Below, in pieces: positions 56,266 to 64,000 of a stretch of DNA of 64,000 nt. The stretch lies in assembly GCF_009914755.1 (NCBI RefSeq), contig NC_060935.1. The stretch is one strand, 5' to 3'. Numbering within the stretch: position 1 is the stretch's first letter; each line of letters starts with the position of its first letter. The notes below the pieces were generated by a model. That model was not told the DNA's origin. It searched no databases and worked only from the letters and a program-made list of their open reading frames with translations. The position numbers and the translations under genes are program-made. Origin of the DNA: the human T2T-CHM13v2.0 reference genome, Homo sapiens.

Positions 56266-56751
56266 TATTTTTAAATATGAACAAATGATTTGAATTGGCA
56301 CTTCATTAAAAACTTATCCAAATAATTGGTAACAGTGAAAAGATGCTTAACATCACTACTCATCAGGGAAATGCAAATTAAAATGAGATACCACTGAACA
56401 CCCACTAGAATGACTAAAGTTAAGAAAATTAACAATTCCAAGTGCTGATAAGGATTTGGTACAACTAAAATGCTCATACACTGTTGGGAGGAATGCTAAA
56501 TAATATAGATAGACTCTGGGGAAATTTTTGGCAGTTTCTTTTAAATTTAACACACATTTGTCAAAGAACCCTGCAATTACACTCCTAAGTACTTATCCAA
56601 GAGAAATAAAAACATATGTCCACAGAAGGACCCATACACAAATGTGTACAAAATGTGTACAGCAGCATTATTTATAATAGCCAAAAACTGAAAGCAATGA
56701 AACGAAACATCCATCAACTGATGAATGAATAAACAAATTGCAGTTGTACTC

Positions 56752-57096
56752 TGCCATGGTTTGAATGTCTCCTCTAAAACTCATGTTGAAGTTTAATTGC
56801 CATTATAACAGTATTACAAGCTGAGACTTTTAAGAGATGATTAGGCCATGAGGGCTCTGCCCTCATAGGGGTGAGATTAATGCCATTATAAAAGGGTGAG
56901 TTCAGCCCCCTTCTCTCTCTTTTTGCCCTTCTACCTTTCTGCCATGTGATAATGCATCAAGAGCTTCCTCACCAGATGCTGGTGCCTTGATTTTGGACTT
57001 CCCAGCCTCCAGAACTATAAGCCAATAAATTTCTGTTCTTTATAAATTATCCAGTCTCAGGTATTCTGTTATAGCAGCACAAAGTGGACTAAGACA
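56752..57096 (+). mobile_element. MST (MSTD-like) solo LTR inserted in an old L1 3' fragment (~56270-57480)
   Basis: tgccatggtttgaatgtctcctctaaaactcatgttgaa...ggactaagaca with 5-bp TSD tactc. Confidence 0.85.
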
Positions 57097-58424
57097 TACT
57101 CTTATTAAGAAAAACTATTTAGCAATAAAAAAGAAAACTAAATATTAATATACACAACATGGATGAATCTCAAAAACATTACACTAAAAAAGCAAATTAC
57201 ACTATTAAGTAGAAAATGTCAAACATAAGTGTATCTACTGTATGATTCCATTTATATGAAATTCTAGGAAACACAACTATAATCACAAAAAGTAAATCAG
57301 CAGTTATTTGAGGCTGAAGCATCAAAGGGCACAAGAAACCTTTTTAGGATGATGGAAATGTTCTATATATTGAGTGTAGTAGTGTTTAGTCAACTACATA
57401 TAATTACTAAAATGTATCAAACTCTGTACACTTAAGGTAGATGGATTTTATTGTATGCAAATTGTCTCAGTAAGATTAAGAAAAAATAAAACATAATAAA
57501 AGTTGTAAATCCCAAATTACAAGTATTAATATTAACCTTTTAAGTACTACTTCAGAACCCGCAAAACACTGAAATAAAAAAAATTACTTCATTGTTTCTG
57601 AAAACTTAACCTGCTTCCATTTTTATAAGATTTAATTAGACTTAGTTTAGGTATCCTCTCTTTCAGAAATCATTACCTGAATCCCTAGGGTGAACCAAAT
57701 ATCTGCCGCCTTCTGTACTCCCAAAGCACATATCTGTCTTATTGCTAACTATATTACATTGAATATATCTACAATTGTGTCTGTCTTTCTCAAACAAGTC
57801 TGTAGCCCCAAGCATTAGCTTTATGCCAACACACAGTTCAATTAAACTAAAATGAACCTATGTAAAACCTACACATAAAATACAGATATTATTACTGCCA
57901 AGTGAAAAAATATGTACTTTCAAGAAAAAAGAAATGCAAAAAAAGAAAAGAGGATTATCAATCAGCATTCTTCATGTCATTTTAAATTTATGTAAATTTT
58001 TCTAGATATTCATTAAATCTAATTATAGCAAGCCACATTAACTTGATGTGGTATTCTTCTAAAAGTCCCATGAACCAAGCAAACTCTCCTCCAGAGAAGT
58101 TTTGTAACAGCCTTTAAATTTTTTAAAAGCACTCCTGTATCCTTTTCTTTTGCAATGTCTGAAACAAGGTGCCTAACGTCCTAATAAATATGCCTGGTGC
58201 AAATACTAATACAAAAATACAAATAAATGTTTTCTGTTATTAAACCCTTTAAACAGCTCCCAAGTACCTGAATGTCAGCCATCCCCATTGTGCACAGAAC
58301 TCATCTTAAATGCAGGCTATCATATAGTTGCTGGCGGCTAACAGTGTAATTCCAGTCCAGCTCACTTGGCCTGCCACTTGGCATTAGTGAGAAACACTAT
58401 GTACACTGCAACTGGTATAATTAA

Positions 58425-59072
<648 letters not shown>

Positions 59073-60394
59073 AACTTTACTAATTGAAAGCAAGAGAGCT
59101 ATAGTACCAAATGGTGAAAATCTATATTTTACAATATAGTTTTACACGTTTAAATGAATGCATTTATTTCAAAGCAGCCTATCAACAGACCAAGCCACAG
59201 AGGCTGTCATGTAAAAACAATAATAATCCCTGCTAGTAAAGTACTTCAAGTTTTTCAAAGTCCTTTCCCATCTTATCCTACCTGACTTGACAATAACTCT
59301 ATAAGGTAACCAGAATAGGTTATTCCCATTCCATAAATGAGGAAAGTACAAATCAGGGCAATTAAAAGACACACATAAAATTGCTACTAAGTAGCTCTGG
59401 TTAGGTGGGGGGAAGACTTAGGAAAAGAACCTAGTATCAATTTCATCTAAGACTCTTTCCACAATAATGTGCTATAAAAGGTGGTGATAAAAATGAAGCC
59501 AAAGATAAAGAGAATAAGGACAATGAAACAGGATAATAATCATTTACATTAGCTCCATGCTTTATCACACCTTCCCTTCCACTGTCTACAGTACACCCTC
59601 TATATAAGACACCACCATGCCCCAGAATCTACCAGGCTCTTTATTTGGTAACATTACTTTCCTAGGGAAGAACTCCAAAAGAAAGATAACTTGGGAAGTG
59701 AAAAGGGAATAGAGAAGAAATCATAAGATCTAAATCTTTCTAATCCTAACATTGGATAAGTATCTTTACTACTCTAAGCCTCAATTTTTACATCTACAAA
59801 ATATACTTACTAGGCAGTTCTGAAGATTAAGTAAAATAAATGGATATAAAAGTCCTTTGAAAAACATAAAGAACTCAATCAATATTTATTATTAGGCTAC
59901 AAATATGTGGTACAAAAACTCACAATAGGTGTCTTACATAATTGTGTTAATAAATTCAAATTATACTAATTATTTTTAAGTTTTACATAATCATACAAAA
60001 AATGAGATTTTAAAATATTTGAATAAATGGTCTATGGCAGAATTAACCATAATATTTGAATCTATTAAGTCTGAATGAAGAAAAAGCATTGTATTTCAGG
60101 TCTCTAATAAATCTGACAAAGTATCTGGTAAATAAGATACCTATAGAAGATACCTGGCAGAAGCAAGGCCTCTATCTTCACAGGTCTGTATACAAGCTAA
60201 TATTTGCATCCAAGGATTTCCAGAATTATTCAGAATCATAAAATCAGAGAACTGGGATGAACTTTAGAAATTATGTGGAGAACATCTGTGGTTCACAGAA
60301 AAAGTAACTGAGGCCAAAAGTAAATAATTAATTTTACAAAATCTTGAAATTTCCCTTATTGGACCTCGGAGGAGTTGAGGGGAGAAACATAAAA

Positions 60395-60670
<276 letters not shown>

Positions 60671-60837
60671 TTAGGCTCTTAAATCAGTATTCTGCTTGTT
60701 AAAGAACCCTGAAGTGCAAACTGTTACAGGAAGTGAAAGAATCCCTGCAACAGGTCTGAATACTACAACTTTAAGCAAAACAGTAGATAAGAATTTAACA
60801 TTGTTGCAGGGTCATGAAACTTATTGATAAATAAATA

Positions 60838-61159
60838 CAGTAACATAACATTTCCATAAAAAATGGACCACATATACAAGTGGGGTCCCCAAAAATTAGA
60901 ATACCATATTTATGCTGTGTTTTTTCTACGTTCAGAATCACAAAAACTTACCATTGTATCACAATTGCTTAAAGTATTCAGTACAGTAACATGCTGGACA
61001 GGTTTGTAGCCTAGGAACAACAGACCAGAGCCTCCATGTGCAGTAGGCTACGCACTCTAAGTTTGTGTAAGTACATTCTATGATGTTGATACAAGGATGA
61101 AATTACCTAATGATGCATTTCTCAGAATATATCCCTGACATTAAGCAACACATACCTGT
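60838..61159. mobile_element. Tigger3a
   Basis: ggaccacatatacaagtggggtccc...cagtacagtaacatgctggacaggtttgtagcctagg...gcatttctcagaatatatccctgacattaagcaacacatacctg, with TA flanks. Confidence 0.85.
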
Positions 61160-61249
61160 ATTGTGGAAAATTAAAACTCTACCACCAGATATCCTGGACT
61201 CGACTTTTTAAAGCCCACTTCACATCTCTATTATTTTTTGTTAGAAAAG

Positions 61250-61562
61250 CTATATATATATATATATTTTTAAATGGAGTCTCACTCTGTCACCAGGCTG
61301 CAGTGCAGTGGCGCAATATCGGCTCACTGCAACCTCCGCCTCCTGGGTTTCTTGATTCTCAAGACTCTCCGCAATTCTTGAGCCTCAGCCTTCTGAGTAG
61401 CTGGGATTACAGGCATGCGCCACCATACCCAGCTAAGTTTTGTATTTTTAGTAGAGACAGGGTTTCACCATGTTGGCCAGGATAGTCGATCTGACCTTGT
61501 GATCTGCCCAGCTCGGCCTCCCAAAGTGCTGAGATTACAGGCATGAGCTACCACACCTGGCC
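61250..61562 (-). mobile_element. AluSc-type with (TA)n tail and a small internal rearrangement
   Basis: ctctgtcaccaggctg and ttggccaggatagtcgat. Confidence 0.8.
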
Positions 61563-61564
61563 AT

Positions 61565-64000
<2,436 letters not shown>

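Overview
Human genomic DNA, as shown by human-lineage AluYb8, AluYa5 and pre-Ta L1Hs insertions. The window is AT-rich and dominated by interspersed repeats. The only protein-coding sequence I can support is one 46-nt minus-strand exon at 37891-37936, encoding (R)TFSQKKAAIEREYAQ. I recognise this as the N-terminal F-BAR/FCH region of FCHSD2 (probably exon 3), so the window is essentially two large FCHSD2 introns. Nearly all ORFs in the supplied track are Alu, L1 or low-complexity artefacts. Repeats include a full-length decayed L1PA7/8, a near-complete Charlie-type hAT fossil, Tigger3, MER58A, THE1/MST/MLT/MER21 LTRs and about 40 Alus. I found no evidence for a new multi-gene system, CRISPR array or RNA gene. 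The most interesting observations are: (1) a ~2.1-kb TSD-flanked retroposed copy of another locus's promoter, first exon and splice donor, lying in FCHSD2-sense orientation; (2) a pre-Ta L1Hs carrying a ~170-bp 3' transduction; (3) an open 138-codon ORF0-like frame in the old full-length L1; (4) a candidate poison exon at 27790-27947; (5) several fold-back or templated-insertion scars. Repeat subfamily calls and old-repeat boundaries are from visual comparison with remembered consensus sequences and are approximate.
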